Shown here piece by piece: positions 28,767 to 39,900 of a stretch of 64,000 nucleotides of DNA. Numbering within the stretch: the first letter of the stretch is position 1; the number at the start of each line of letters is the position of its first letter. The notes beneath the pieces are model-generated. The model was not told the origin of the DNA, ran no database searches, and saw only the letters and a program-made list of their open reading frames with translations. The stretch is from the NCBI GenBank assembly GCA_038231135.1, contig JBBRLX010000006.1, positions 64,001-128,000 of the forward strand, given 5' to 3'. A program made the position numbers and the translations under genes. The DNA comes from Candidatus Eiseniibacteriota bacterium. GTDB lineage: Bacteria; Eisenbacteria; RBG-16-71-46.

Positions 28767-29945
28767 ATGAACGTTTGGGTGGTGGGCTTCGTGGTGGCGC
28801 TTGCCGCGACGCTCAGTGCGACCCAGTTCGTGCGGGTTACGGCGCTCCTGCTGAGCGCCGTCGACCGTCCGGGAGGCCGCCGCGTGCACCTGCGACCGAC
28901 CGCGCGGCTCGGCGGCCTCGGGATCTTCTGGGGATTCGCGAGCGCGCTGCTGCTCGTGATCTACGGCAACCCGTCGTGGAAGCCGATACTCGCCGGGCGC
29001 GAGCTCGAGCTGCTGGGGCTGCTCGGCGGCTCCGGCCTGCTGCTGATCCTCGGGCTCATCGACGACGTCCGCGGGCTGGGGCCCAAGATCAAGGTCGCCG
29101 TGCAGGTCGTCGCCGCCATCCTGCTGTGGAGCGCGGGCTGGCGCGTGGAGCAGATAGGCATCCCCGGCCTGGGATCGATCGCGGTCGGGAACCTGAGCCT
29201 GCCGCTCACCGTTTGCTGGATGGTGTTCGTGACGAACGCGTTCAACCTCATCGACGGCCTCGACGGGCTCGCGTGCGGCGTCGCCATGACGATCGCGATC
29301 GCGGTGGTGTGCATGCCCGGCGCCGACACCGGCTGCGTGCTGCTCGCGGTCACGGCGCTGTCCGGCGCGCTGCTGGGATTCCTGTGGTTCAACTTCAACC
29401 CGGCGCTGATCTTCATGGGGGACTCGGGCAGCCTGTTCGTGGGATTCGTGCTGTCGGCGGTGACGCTGCGCGCCGGCAGTCACATGCCGGGCGCGTTCCC
29501 GCTGGTGCCGGTGCTGCTGCTCGCGCTGCCAATCGCGGACGCGGCGGCGGCGATCGTGCGGCGGTCCACGAGCGCGATTCGCGATGTGCGCGCGGGCGGG
29601 TCGCTGATGCGGGCCGCGGCGGCGCGGGTGTTCACCGCCGACCGGGGGCATCTGCATCACGTCCTGATCCTGGCCGGATTCACGACGCGCCGGGCGGTCC
29701 TGATGCTGTGGACCGCCTCCGGCTCGTTCACCGTGGCGGCGTGGGTGGTCGCGGCCGGCGGCCCGTGGGGCTTCGTGCTCGCCGCGGCGCTGGGCGTCAT
29801 GTGGGGCGCCACGTTCCTCGGCTACAGCCGCAGCGTCGCGTCGGGTTTGCCGGCGCTCGGGCCACCCGCATCCGTGATCGCCGCGGCCGGCGCCGCCACC
29901 ACCGCCACGCCCGACGCAGGAGCCTCGGACGATGTCGCGGCCTGA
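28767..29945 (+). CDS. MraY/WecA-family undecaprenyl-phosphate sugar-1-phosphate transferase
   Basis: DRPGGRRVH..PTARLGG, LIDD, NAFNLIDGLDGLA, FNFNPALIFMGDSG and DRGHLHH motifs. Confidence 0.94.
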   Translation: MNVWVVGFVVALAATLSATQFVRVTALLLSAVDRPGGRRVHLRPTARLGGLGIFWGFASALLLVIYGNPSWKPILAGRELELLGLLGGSGLLLILGLIDDVRGLGPKIKVAVQVVAAILLWSAGWRVEQIGIPGLGSIAVGNLSLPLTVCWMVFVTNAFNLIDGLDGLACGVAMTIAIAVVCMPGADTGCVLLAVTALSGALLGFLWFNFNPALIFMGDSGSLFVGFVLSAVTLRAGSHMPGAFPLVPVLLLALPIADAAAAIVRRSTSAIRDVRAGGSLMRAAAARVFTADRGHLHHVLILAGFTTRRAVLMLWTASGSFTVAAWVVAAGGPWGFVLAAALGVMWGATFLGYSRSVASGLPALGPPASVIAAAGAATTATPDAGASDDVAA

Positions 29946-31185
29946 TCCGCCACGCCTGTCGGTGGTGCGGGGCGGCGCCCGGCCGACGCGCGCGCCGGGC
30001 ATCGTCGATGCCGCGGTGCCACACGCGGACGATACTCGCGCCGGCCGGGGCGTCGTGCTGATCGTGATCAACGATCTCGTCACGGGCGGCGCGCAGCGCG
30101 TCGCGCTGCAGCAGGCCTCGTGGCTGTCCGCAGCGGGCTGGGATGCGCGGCTCGTCAGCCTCGAGCGCCTGACGCGGGGACCGCTCGCCGGGGAAGCCCG
30201 CGCCGCGGGGCTGCCGGTGCACCTGCTGCGCACGCCGCACGAGCCCGAGGCGCTGGGTGTGGTGCGGCTCGACCGCCTGATCGGGGCCTCGCGCCCGGTG
30301 GTCGTGCACACGCATCTCGCGATCGCCGGCGTGGTGGGCCGGGTCTGCGCCTGGCATCACGGCGTGCCGCGGCTGATGAGCACGCTGCACAATCTCACGG
30401 ACTGGGAGGAGCGCTCGCGCGATCCGCTACGGCTGCTCGATCGCCGCACGCTGCGCTGGTGCGACGCGGTCATCGCCTCCAGCGAGGCGATCCGCACCGC
30501 GATGGCGCATCACGACCCCGCACTCGCGGCGCGGGCGCGCGTGATCCACAACGGCGTCGACGCCGCGGCGTTCGCGGGGGGCGATCCCGCGGTGCGCGCG
30601 GCGACGCGGGCGCGGCTCGGGTACCCGGTGGACGCGTGCGTCGTGGGTGCGGTCGCGCGACTCGAACGCCGCAAGGGCATCGACGTGCTGGTGACGGCAT
30701 TTGCCGGCGCCCGCGCTGCGCGGCCGGAGCTGCGGCTGCTGCTGGTGGGCGACGGGCCCGAGCGCGCCGCACTCGGCGCCGCGGCGGCGGAACTCGGCGT
30801 CGCCGGTGACGTGCGGTTCGCCGGCGACTGCGGCGACGTGCGCCCGCTGCTCGCTGCCATGGACGTGTTCGCCGCGCCCTCGCGCACCGAAGGCCTGGGA
30901 CTCGCGCTGATCGAGGCGCTGGCGGCCGGGCTGCCGGCCGTGGCGTCGCACGTCGGCGGCATCCCGGAAGTGGTGGGCGACGCCGGCTGCGCGTGGCTGC
31001 TGCCGGCGGGCGACGTCGAGCAATGGAGCGCGGCGCTCGTGCGCATCGCCGCCGACCCGGCGGCACGGGCGGCGATGTCGGCGGCGGCGCCGGCGCGGGC
31101 GCGCAAGTTCTCGATCGATGCGAGCCGCGACGCGCTGACCGCGCTGTACGACGAATTCGCGCCGCCGGTGCGGATGGCGGCGTGA
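29932..31185 (+). CDS. Glycosyltransferase family 4
   Basis: GGAQRV, VVHTHL, IHNGVD, ARLERRKG and SRTEGLGLALIEA motifs. Confidence 0.93.
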   Translation: MSRPDPPRLSVVRGGARPTRAPGIVDAAVPHADDTRAGRGVVLIVINDLVTGGAQRVALQQASWLSAAGWDARLVSLERLTRGPLAGEARAAGLPVHLLRTPHEPEALGVVRLDRLIGASRPVVVHTHLAIAGVVGRVCAWHHGVPRLMSTLHNLTDWEERSRDPLRLLDRRTLRWCDAVIASSEAIRTAMAHHDPALAARARVIHNGVDAAAFAGGDPAVRAATRARLGYPVDACVVGAVARLERRKGIDVLVTAFAGARAARPELRLLLVGDGPERAALGAAAAELGVAGDVRFAGDCGDVRPLLAAMDVFAAPSRTEGLGLALIEALAAGLPAVASHVGGIPEVVGDAGCAWLLPAGDVEQWSAALVRIAADPAARAAMSAAAPARARKFSIDASRDALTALYDEFAPPVRMAA

Positions 31186-32630
31186 CGGGCACCGCAATCC
31201 GCGCCGCGCCGCGCGTCACGCCGGCGCTGCTCGGCCTGGTCGCGCTGCCGGTGGCGATCATCATCGCCGCGATCGCGCTCGGCGCGCCGCCGCCGGCCGT
31301 CGCGGCCGCGCTGGCGCTGGCGATCGCTCTCGGGGTGGTGGCGCGTCCGCTGCGGCGTGCGGGACTCGCGAGCGCATGGATGGTGCTGCTGCCGTTCACG
31401 ATCCTCGCCGGCGAGGTCACGGCGATCTCGCTGGGCGGCCAGAGCGGGCGGATCCTGTGGGCGGACCTGTGGGTCGGACTCGGCCTGCTCGTGCTGCTGG
31501 TGCGCGGCCGGTTCGTGCTCGACGTGCCGCGCGCGCCGCTGCTGGTCGCGACGCTGCCGTTCCTGGCGTGGTGCACGCTCGGGCTGCCGCTCGCGCGCGA
31601 TCCGCTCACCGCGATCGCCGAGCTCAAGGAGTGGGTCGTCGCACTCGCGGCCGGGGCGTGCGCGGTGCGCTGGGTGACCACCCGCATGCGTGCGCGCGTG
31701 CTGCTCGGCGCGACCGTGCTCACGGGCGTCGTGCTCACCGTCCTGATGGCCCATGTCGCGCTGCACGACCCGCGCGGATTCGCGATCGCCGTGCTCACCA
31801 AGAACGTGGATCTGCCGTGGGGGAAGTCGAACTACCTGGCCGGCCTGCTGCTGCTCGGATTCCCGGTGGCGCTCGGTCTGATGGGCTCGGCCGCGGGCGT
31901 GCGGGAGGGTGCCATGTGGCTCGCCGCCGCGGTCGTGATCGCGCTCGGGCTCGCGCTGTCGGCGTCGAAGGGCGCCGTGCTCGCCGTGGCGCTGGCGTGC
32001 GCCGCGATGTTCCTGGGCCCATGGGGACGCGGTTCCCGGGCATGGCCGCGCGTCGTCATGCTCGTGGTGTTCGGGCTGGTCGCCGCGCTGTTCACGACCG
32101 GCCCGTTGCGCGCGGCGCTCGAATACCGGATGCAGGCGAGCGCGCTCGACTACTCGGGCAGCGAGCGCATGCTGCTCTACCGGCTCGCGATCGACGAGGG
32201 CCTGCGCCATCCGCTGCTCGGCATCGGCATCAACAACTTCTCGGTGGCGTCGCACTCGCTGCACGGGCTCGACACCGTGCCGCACAACCTCGAGCTGGGA
32301 TTCTTCGCCGAACTGGGCGTGCCGGGACTGGCGCTCGCGCTGGCCTGGTGCGCGGCCCTGCTCGGCACCGCGTTCGGCGCGGTGCGCGCGAGCCGCACGG
32401 CGCGCGACCGCACGCTGGCGCTGGGCGTGGCGGCCGCCGTGGTCGCGGCGCTGCTCCACAATCAGGTCGAATCGACGCTCTATGGCGAGCAGTTCAAGCT
32501 GCTGCTGTTCGGCGTGGCGGCCGCGGCGTGGCGGCTGTCGTTGCAGGATGCGCCGGGTGTCGTTGCGGGATGCACGGGTGAAAACCCCATGCCACCCGGC
32601 GAATCGTGCGCGATGCACGAAACCCCGTGA
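31182..32630 (+). CDS. O-antigen ligase/Wzy_C family protein
   Basis: Multi-TM; SNYLAG; SASKGA; R...HPLLGIG...PHNLELGFFAELG Wzy_C motif. Confidence 0.9.
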   Translation: MTGTAIRAAPRVTPALLGLVALPVAIIIAAIALGAPPPAVAAALALAIALGVVARPLRRAGLASAWMVLLPFTILAGEVTAISLGGQSGRILWADLWVGLGLLVLLVRGRFVLDVPRAPLLVATLPFLAWCTLGLPLARDPLTAIAELKEWVVALAAGACAVRWVTTRMRARVLLGATVLTGVVLTVLMAHVALHDPRGFAIAVLTKNVDLPWGKSNYLAGLLLLGFPVALGLMGSAAGVREGAMWLAAAVVIALGLALSASKGAVLAVALACAAMFLGPWGRGSRAWPRVVMLVVFGLVAALFTTGPLRAALEYRMQASALDYSGSERMLLYRLAIDEGLRHPLLGIGINNFSVASHSLHGLDTVPHNLELGFFAELGVPGLALALAWCAALLGTAFGAVRASRTARDRTLALGVAAAVVAALLHNQVESTLYGEQFKLLLFGVAAAAWRLSLQDAPGVVAGCTGENPMPPGESCAMHETP

Positions 32631-32820
32631 TTCCTGTGGAATTCCTGGGTGCCCGCCCGGGCGCCCGTTAGAATTGGAGCAGCATCCGCGCGCGGCACAG
32701 TGGTTTCCGTCGGGTCGCGCACTCCTTCAGGAATGAGCCCTCCGCAGGTTCCGGGAGGGAACGCCCAGGCAGGCCAACGGCAGAGCGCGTCCACCGACGC
32801 AGCGAGCCCGCGGCACTCGC

Positions 32821-33831
32821 GTGCATCGTCGAAGTGGTTCCACCGCCTCCCTCATGCTGCTCGGAATCCTGATCACCTCCATGCTCCAGCCCGCGCGGGC
32901 CCGCGCGTTCACGCCGGACGCCGCCGTGCGCGTCGCCATGCGCGCCGCGGACGCGCTGCCTCAGGGGGCATGGGATCCCGCGATGGACGGCGCCGTGCAG
33001 GCCGCAATGTCGCAGCGGGTGGCCGCCGAGGATGCCGACCCCGAGAGCTGGCTGCCGCTGCATCGCTACGCGGCCCCGGCCGCCGGCGACATCACGCTGG
33101 CCGGCACGCTGGCCGCCGACGCGCCCCACGCGTTCGCCGGCGCCGTGGCGTCGCTGTCGGATGCGTTCGCGAGCGGCGATCGCAACCGCTGGCCGCAGGC
33201 GCTGGAGCGGCTGGCGGCGTACGCGTGCGACCTCGCCGATCCCTACCAGAATTCGGCGCTCGATCTCGACGAGGCCCCGGGTGGCCGTGCCCGGTTCGGT
33301 GACCTGCTCGCCCCCGAATCCACACCGGCCGTGACCGCCCGCGCGGAATCGCTGGCGCCCGGACGGGCGCTCGCCGAGGCGGTCGCCATGGCCCGCGGCA
33401 GCGCCGCGCTGCGCGACACGCTCGAGCGTCTCGCCGCGACCGGGGACAGCACCGCAATGGACCGGCTGCAGCACGACCGGCTCGACGCGGCGACGCTGCT
33501 GGCGCGGCGCGCGGTCGTGGCCGCCTGGCGCGCCACGGCGGCGCTGCCCGATCCGGGCACGATGCCGCTGCATGTGTCGCCCAATCCGGTCCGCGGACAC
33601 ATGACGCTGACGTTGTCGTTCGTGGTACCCCGCTCCGGAGCCGCCCGCTTCGAGCTGTTCGATCTCGCCGGCCGCCGCGCCGTAGCGCGGGACTTAGGCC
33701 GCCTGGCGGCGGGCGCCCACGTGATCGACCTCGACGACGTCGCCGGCGCCGAGCGTCCGGGGCTCTACTTCGCCCGGATCACGACCCCCGCTGGCATCGC
33801 CACCGCGCGGGTCGTCCTCGCCACGCGCTGA
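32821..33831 (+). CDS. Secreted protein with degenerate S1-P1 nuclease/Zn-phospholipase C-like domain and FlgD/T9SS-like CTD
   Basis: Signal ending ARA-F; helical domain; CTD SPNPVRG...FDLAGRR...PGLYFAR. Confidence 0.7.
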   Translation: MHRRSGSTASLMLLGILITSMLQPARARAFTPDAAVRVAMRAADALPQGAWDPAMDGAVQAAMSQRVAAEDADPESWLPLHRYAAPAAGDITLAGTLAADAPHAFAGAVASLSDAFASGDRNRWPQALERLAAYACDLADPYQNSALDLDEAPGGRARFGDLLAPESTPAVTARAESLAPGRALAEAVAMARGSAALRDTLERLAATGDSTAMDRLQHDRLDAATLLARRAVVAAWRATAALPDPGTMPLHVSPNPVRGHMTLTLSFVVPRSGAARFELFDLAGRRAVARDLGRLAAGAHVIDLDDVAGAERPGLYFARITTPAGIATARVVLATR

Positions 33832-34312
33832 ACGACCCCGAACCCGGGGTTCGTCCGCAGGTCATCCCATCTTCAACTCGCGCGGCCGCAATTCGATGCC
33901 GCCCGGGACCGCCACTCGAACCAGCTCCGCCGCATCGCCATGCTCATGCGTGCATCGAAAGATGTGCGGCGGCAGAGAGGGAGTAGAACGGCTCACCGCC
34001 AACTCGATCACCTTCTGGTCTCGTGAGGATTGGGTCGGAGTGGCTTACTGAGGGGGAGTCGATTCCGGCGGTTCCACGGATCGAGAGGGTGACCTACGTG
34101 CGGACGCTCTTCGAGGCGACTCGGGGAGCGTCTTCGCTTGGGTGGTGCTTCTTACAGCCGGGGTCGGCAAACATTGCCAAGCCGCAGGTAGATTTTGACC
34201 CAACCCGGTCCGCTGGCCCCGACTGGCGTGGCTTTGAGTCGATGGCACGCGAGATGCCCGTCCCGGGGGCGAGGCCCGGCGAACGGTGTCGCGCCTCCTT
34301 CCAGGAGACGTC

Positions 34313-34474
34313 ATGATCGTCAAGGATCCCGTGTGCGGACAGGAAATCGAGAGCTCCTCCAACGAGGGCCACTCGGAGTACGACGGGCACTCGTATTTCT
34401 TCTGCTCGGACAACTGCAAGACCATGTTCGAGCTGGATCCGCAGCGCTGCATCGTCGCGGCCTACTCCAGGTAG
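34313..34474 (+). CDS. YHS domain protein
   Basis: AGGAG RBS; KDPVCG...YDGHSYFFCS..C...F..DP. Confidence 0.88.
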   Translation: MIVKDPVCGQEIESSSNEGHSEYDGHSYFFCSDNCKTMFELDPQRCIVAAYSR

Positions 34475-34583
34475 CCGCTTCGCTCCCGGGCCGCGCCGGG
34501 GTCACAGACGGCCGGCATCCGTGCAGGCGCGCGCAACGATGCCCCCGGGAATTCCCTCAACAGATGACCAGGCGTAGGGAGGA

Positions 34584-35129
34584 ATGACCATGCGCGATGT
34601 CGAGATCGAACGCGAGGCCGCGCAGCGTCGTCGTCAGGCCGCCGAACGCTACCGGCCGCCGACCATCCACGTGCTGCTGGTGGCGGAGTCGCCTCCCGCG
34701 TTACTGTCACGGCACTTCTATTTCGAGGACGTGGACCATCACGATGGTCTGTTCTGGGACATCGTGAAGGCCGTCACCGGCGGTCTGATGACGGATCGGC
34801 GGGAGAAGCCCCAATACCTCGCGGAATTGATGGCGATGGGTGTATTCCTCGTCGACCTCAAGGAGGATCCCGCCGATTGCACCCCGCTCGACCAATGCGT
34901 CGAAGCCTTGATCGTCCGCTGCCTGGCGCTCGCCCCGCGGAAGATCATCATCATCAAGCCCGAGGTGTTCGACCTCGCGTTCCTGCCGCTGAGGAATGCC
35001 GGTCTGCCGGTGGTGAATCGGCGCATTCCGTTTCCCGGCACCGGGCGGCAGCTGCAGTTCGCGAGCGCGTTCGCGGCCGCGCTCGAGCATCATCCCCCGC
35101 ATTCGCCCGAGGACCTCGAGCTGCCCTAG
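34584..35129 (+). CDS. Hypothetical protein, possibly uracil-DNA glycosylase-like superfamily
   Basis: GGAGG RBS; YRP...LLVAESPP...FYFE and IPFPG.G.Q motifs. Confidence 0.65.
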   Translation: MTMRDVEIEREAAQRRRQAAERYRPPTIHVLLVAESPPALLSRHFYFEDVDHHDGLFWDIVKAVTGGLMTDRREKPQYLAELMAMGVFLVDLKEDPADCTPLDQCVEALIVRCLALAPRKIIIIKPEVFDLAFLPLRNAGLPVVNRRIPFPGTGRQLQFASAFAAALEHHPPHSPEDLELP

Positions 35130-35190
35130 CGCACGTCGGGTCGGCGGCGGATCCATCGCCCGGCCCGGCGACCCGCTGCGGGGAGGCGCG

Positions 35191-36150
35191 ATGAGGCTCG
35201 GGGTGTGCGCGCAGGCGCTCCAACATTTGCCGTTCGCCGACGGCGTGCAGCGTGCCCGCGACCTCGGATTCCACGCCATGGAGCTGCCGGTTCACGCCGG
35301 AAATCCGTGGGTGGACCTCGCGGCGTCGCTGGCAGGCCGGTCCGAAGACGTGCTGCTGCCGTTTCGCGCCGCCGGCCTCGACATCTCCGCGCTGTCGAAC
35401 CACACCGAGGGCCAGTTGCTGCTGGGCCCGCATGGCGTCGACACCGACCAGGTGTTCCGCGGCGACGCCGCGGCGAAGTCGGAGTTCGCGCGCAACCGGC
35501 TGATCCTCACCGCCGAGCTCGCCCGCCGGCTGGGCGTGGGAGTGGTGTGCGGATTCACCGGCTGCGAGGACTACTCACGCTGGTTCCCATACCCGCTCGC
35601 GGATGGTTACGAGCGCATGGTCCCCGAGTTTCGCGAACGGCTGCTGCCGGTGCTCGACGCGTTCGAGCAGCGCGGGGTGCGGTTCGCGATCGAGTGCCAT
35701 CCGAAGCAGTTCGCCTACAACCTCGAGACTGCGCAGCTGGCGCTCGCGGCGGTGGATCACCATCCCGCGCTGGCGTTCAACCTGGATCCCGCGAACCTGC
35801 TGATCGCCGGCACCGACCCCGTGGTGTTCGTCGCCGAGCTCGGCGACCGCATCGCCCACGTCCACGCCAAGGACGGCGAGAGCGTCGCGCACAATGCCGG
35901 ACGCTCGGGATTGCTGGCGCACGGCGCGTGGGGGCGGCGCGACCGCGGTTTCCGGTTCCGCATCCCCGGCTGGGGCGACGTGCCGTGGCGGCGCCTGCTC
36001 ACCGAGTTGCAGCTCGCGGGCTACGATGGCGTGGTCGCGCTCGAGCACGAGGACCCGGCGTTCTCGCCGATGGAGGGGCTGGAGCGTGGCGCCGAATTCC
36101 TGGAGCCGCTGCTGTTCCGGGATCCGAAGCCGCGGGATACGTGGTGGTGA
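35191..36150 (+). CDS. Sugar phosphate isomerase/epimerase (AP_endonuc_2 TIM barrel)
   Basis: ISALSNH, FAIECHP, FNLDP, HVHAKD, FRIPGWGDVPW and LEHED motifs. Confidence 0.92.
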   Translation: MRLGVCAQALQHLPFADGVQRARDLGFHAMELPVHAGNPWVDLAASLAGRSEDVLLPFRAAGLDISALSNHTEGQLLLGPHGVDTDQVFRGDAAAKSEFARNRLILTAELARRLGVGVVCGFTGCEDYSRWFPYPLADGYERMVPEFRERLLPVLDAFEQRGVRFAIECHPKQFAYNLETAQLALAAVDHHPALAFNLDPANLLIAGTDPVVFVAELGDRIAHVHAKDGESVAHNAGRSGLLAHGAWGRRDRGFRFRIPGWGDVPWRRLLTELQLAGYDGVVALEHEDPAFSPMEGLERGAEFLEPLLFRDPKPRDTWW

Positions 36151-36221
36151 GCACCGCGGGTTCCAGAACGGACCGGTGTCTGGAGCTTGCCTGGTCATCA
36201 GGGTGCGGCACAGTGCCGTCG

Positions 36222-36704
36222 TCAGCGCAGCTGCGGCAGTGGCATATCCATCGACCACACGATCGCCATTCCCGCGAGGCCGCCGGCCAGGCAGGCCAGC
36301 CAGAACCGCTTGACCCCCTTGGGATTGCTTAGCCGCGGGTCGAAGACAACGAGGTTCGCACGGAGGAACTCGGCACCACCGCGAAGGAATAGCCAGTAGG
36401 TACCGAGCATCCACACGACGAATATCGATGCGTACCACGCCAGGACCCAGGGGTTGCCGTCTCCAGGCCGGAAGTAATACCAGAGGGACGGGACGTGCCC
36501 GAAGACCATGCCCAGACCCATGACGATCCAGGGGATGTTGGCGTAGGTGAGGTACCCGCGTGCAAGGATGTCGTAGCCGTTCGCCAGCGCGGGATCACCC
36601 TGGATTCGCTCCTGCGCCTGATTCCGAAACCCGGCGATGCTGACCCCGGTCGTGACGATGCATATGAGCCAGAAGTATCGCGAGAAGAGTTCGAACGCGG
36701 TCAC
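36222..36704 (-). CDS. Hypothetical membrane protein (about 4 TM)
   Basis: GGAGG RBS upstream of GTG; hydrophobic aromatic-rich helices. Confidence 0.72.
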   Translation of the reverse strand: MTAFELFSRYFWLICIVTTGVSIAGFRNQAQERIQGDPALANGYDILARGYLTYANIPWIVMGLGMVFGHVPSLWYYFRPGDGNPWVLAWYASIFVVWMLGTYWLFLRGGAEFLRANLVVFDPRLSNPKGVKRFWLACLAGGLAGMAIVWSMDMPLPQLR

Positions 36705-36916
36705 GGCAAATCACCCTCCGCCCCGTTGGCAACCATTCCGGCGCGATCGTGAATGCTGATTCATCGGCAGGGTTGCGCGACGACTCCCGTGAAAACGACC
36801 GGCCCATGGAAATCAGGGGCGCTCCGGCAGCGGGGCAGATCGAAGACCTTCGATTACAGGACGCGCAGATCCGGGCAGAGTTGAGAGAGTTGCCCAGGTT
36901 CAGCGGACGCGGCAGC

Positions 36917-39900
36917 CTACTGCCCCGTCAGCACCACGCGTCCCGTCCGGACGCCTTCGCGCGCCTCGAGCCGGTAGAAGTACAGCCCCGGCCGCAGGCT
37001 CAGGCCCCGGTCGTCGGTCAAATCGATGCCGAGGTGATGCTCGCCCGGATCGAGTTGCGCTTCGTCCAGCAGGCGCCGTATGCGGCGGCCCGAGGTGTCG
37101 TACAGATCGGCGCGGACGGATTCGCGCGCGGTCGTGGTGAAGTGCAGCGTGGCGTGTCCATAGACGGGGTTCGGCGTCATGCGAGCGCCGAACACCAGCC
37201 CGCCGGGGGTAATCGCGGTGGTGACGTCGTCACCCGCCCTGCCCATGGCGAGCGCCGATGAGTTCGCGACCACGTTGATTCCCACGTCGTCGACGAGGAA
37301 CGTCTCGCCGGCGACGACCGGGGCGTCGAGCACCTGCATGTCGAGAGTGTTGTTTGCGCCACCGGTGACGACGTCGACGCTCACGAACTGCCACACCGGC
37401 GACAGCGTCACGGCGGCGGACTGGATCGTGGTGCCGACCTGGACGCCGGCGGGCGTGTACTCGCGAACCTTGATGCGCACCTGCCCCGTGTTGGACGGCG
37501 AGCGTACCCAGGCGGCGAACCGGTAGCGGGTCCCTGCCACGGGGATCGACATGATCCAGTTGGGGCTGTCGTTGAGACCCATGGAGGCGGTGCCGGTAGT
37601 GGTGGCGCCCCGGACTTGCACGGCGAAGCTGTCGACGCGCCCGCCCGCGACCCGGGTGGTCGTGGCGCTGCCGGCGCCGTTCCAGCCGTTCAGATTGGTC
37701 TCGAATGTCGGATTGCCGCACAGGTTGCGGTCGGCAGGCGGAATCACGCCCTGCCCGGGGCTCACGGTGATCGCGAGCGTCGCCGAGCCGGACATGGCGT
37801 TCACCGCCGTGAACGTCACGGAGTAAGGAGTCGAGCGCGACGCTCCGCCCAGCGGCGTCCACGTCAGCGTGCCTCCGGTGCGCGTGGCGTTGGGCGTGAA
37901 CTCGGCGTCGTTGCCGGCGGGCAGACCCGTCAGGCCGGCCGTCAGCGAGGCGATCGCGTCGGAGTCGGGATCGGCGGCCGCAATGACCACCGTCAGCGTC
38001 TGGCCCTCGGCCACGCTGGCCGTGGCCGGCGACGTCACCACCGGCGACCGGTCGACGTTCGCGACGGTGATGGACGTGGTGGCGGATCCGGACTGCGTGT
38101 TCGACGCGGTGAACGTCACCGTGTAGGGGGTGGCGCGGCCGTCGAACCAGCCGGGGGTCCATGTGAGCGTGCCCTGGGTGTGCGCGGCGTTGGTCACGAA
38201 CGACGCGTTGTTGCCGGCGGGCAGTCCCGATACGGCGAGTGACGTGATCGCCTGGCTGTCGGGATCGCTCGCGGTCACGGTCACGGTGAGCTGGCCGTTC
38301 TCGGTCGCGGTCGCCGTGGGCGGTGCGAGCACGACGGGCAACTGGTCCGCGCCCGGCAGCAGGGTGATCGAGACGTCGTCGGTCTGGAACACCTCGCCGG
38401 CGGCGACCGGGTAGTCGCTCAGTTCGAGATCGATCGTCGAGCCGGCCTTGAGCGTTACGAAGTCGACGGACATCAACTGCCACGCAGCCGTCAACGGAAT
38501 CGCATTCGAGTACACCACAGCGCCCTGCAGCACGCTGTTCGAATACTCGCGCAACTTGAGCTTGGTACTGCCATGACTCGACGCCGACCGCACCCAGGCG
38601 CTGAAGCGGTACCGCGAGCCTGCCGCGGGCGACGACGCCACCCAGTTGGGCTGATCGCCGATGCCGAACGTGGCGGTGGCGGCCGCAGGAGACCGCATTT
38701 CGAGCGCCCAGCCGCCGTCATGGCCGCCGGCGACGCGCGCCAGCGTGGCGCTCGCGGTGGACTGCCAGCCGGCGATGTCGGTCTCGAACGACGGGTTCGC
38801 GCACAGGTTGGGCGGCGGCGGCGCGGCCTGAACGGTGATCGCGGTCACGGCCGAGCCGGTGAGCGCATTCGCAGCGCCGAAGCTGACAGGCCAGGGGCCG
38901 GGGCCATCGTAGTAGGCAGGCGTCCAGGTGAACGTGCCGGACTTCTGGTCGGAGGCCGGCGTGAACGTGGCAGCGGCTCCCGCGGGCAACGCGCCGAGGT
39001 TCGCGGCGAGCGACGTGATCGCGTCGCCATCGGCGTCGGCCGCCGTCACCGTGATGGACAGTGGCTGGCCCTGAACGACGGTGGCCGTGGCGGGAGCCGT
39101 CACCACCGGCGCGCGGTCGACATTCGCGACCGAAATCGTGATGGAGGCGGTCGCGATCAGCGCGTTGGCGGCCGTGAACGTCACGACATAGGGGCCGGGC
39201 GCGTCCGCGAACGACGGCGTCCACGTCAGGCTGCCGGCGGTGTTCGAGGCGTTGGGTACGAACGTGGCGTTGTTGCCGGCGGGCAGGCCGGCGAGCGCCG
39301 CAGTCAGCGAGGTGAGAGCGTCGCCGTCGGGATCCGACGCGGACACGGTCACCGTCAGCGGCTGGTTCTCGGTCGCGGTTACGCCGGCCGGCACGGTCAG
39401 CACCGGCGCGCGATCGGCGGGGGTCACGCTGATATCGGTGACGGCCGAGCCGCTGAGTGCGTTGGCGGCGGTGAACGTCACGGTGTAGGGCCGGGCGCTG
39501 TCCGCCAGCGTCGGGGTCCACGTGAGCGTGCCGGTCTTGTGCGAGGCGCTCACGACGAACACCGCGTCGTTGCCGGCCGGCAGCGCCGACAGGTCCGCGG
39601 TCAGCGTGGCGATCGGGTCGAGGTTGGGATCGGCCGCCGTCACGCTGAGCGTGAGCTTCTGGCCCTGGACGACCGACGCGGTCGCCGGCGCCGTCACCGA
39701 CGGCGGCGCGTCCACATTGGTGATGGTGATCGAGGTCTGTGCCGAAGCGCTCAGGCCATTCGCCGCGGTGAACGTCACGACGTAGGGGCCGGAGCCGTCG
39801 GTGGGACCCGGCGTCCACGTCAAGGTCGCTCGGGTGTTGTCGGCGTTCGGGGTGAACGTGGCGCCTCCCGCGGAGGGCAGCGTGCCCAGATCGACGCCGA

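Noticed and set aside
34023..34316. 97-aa ORF upstream of the YHS gene
   Set aside because: Atypical codon usage and no recognisable motif; probably intergenic or a decayed fragment.
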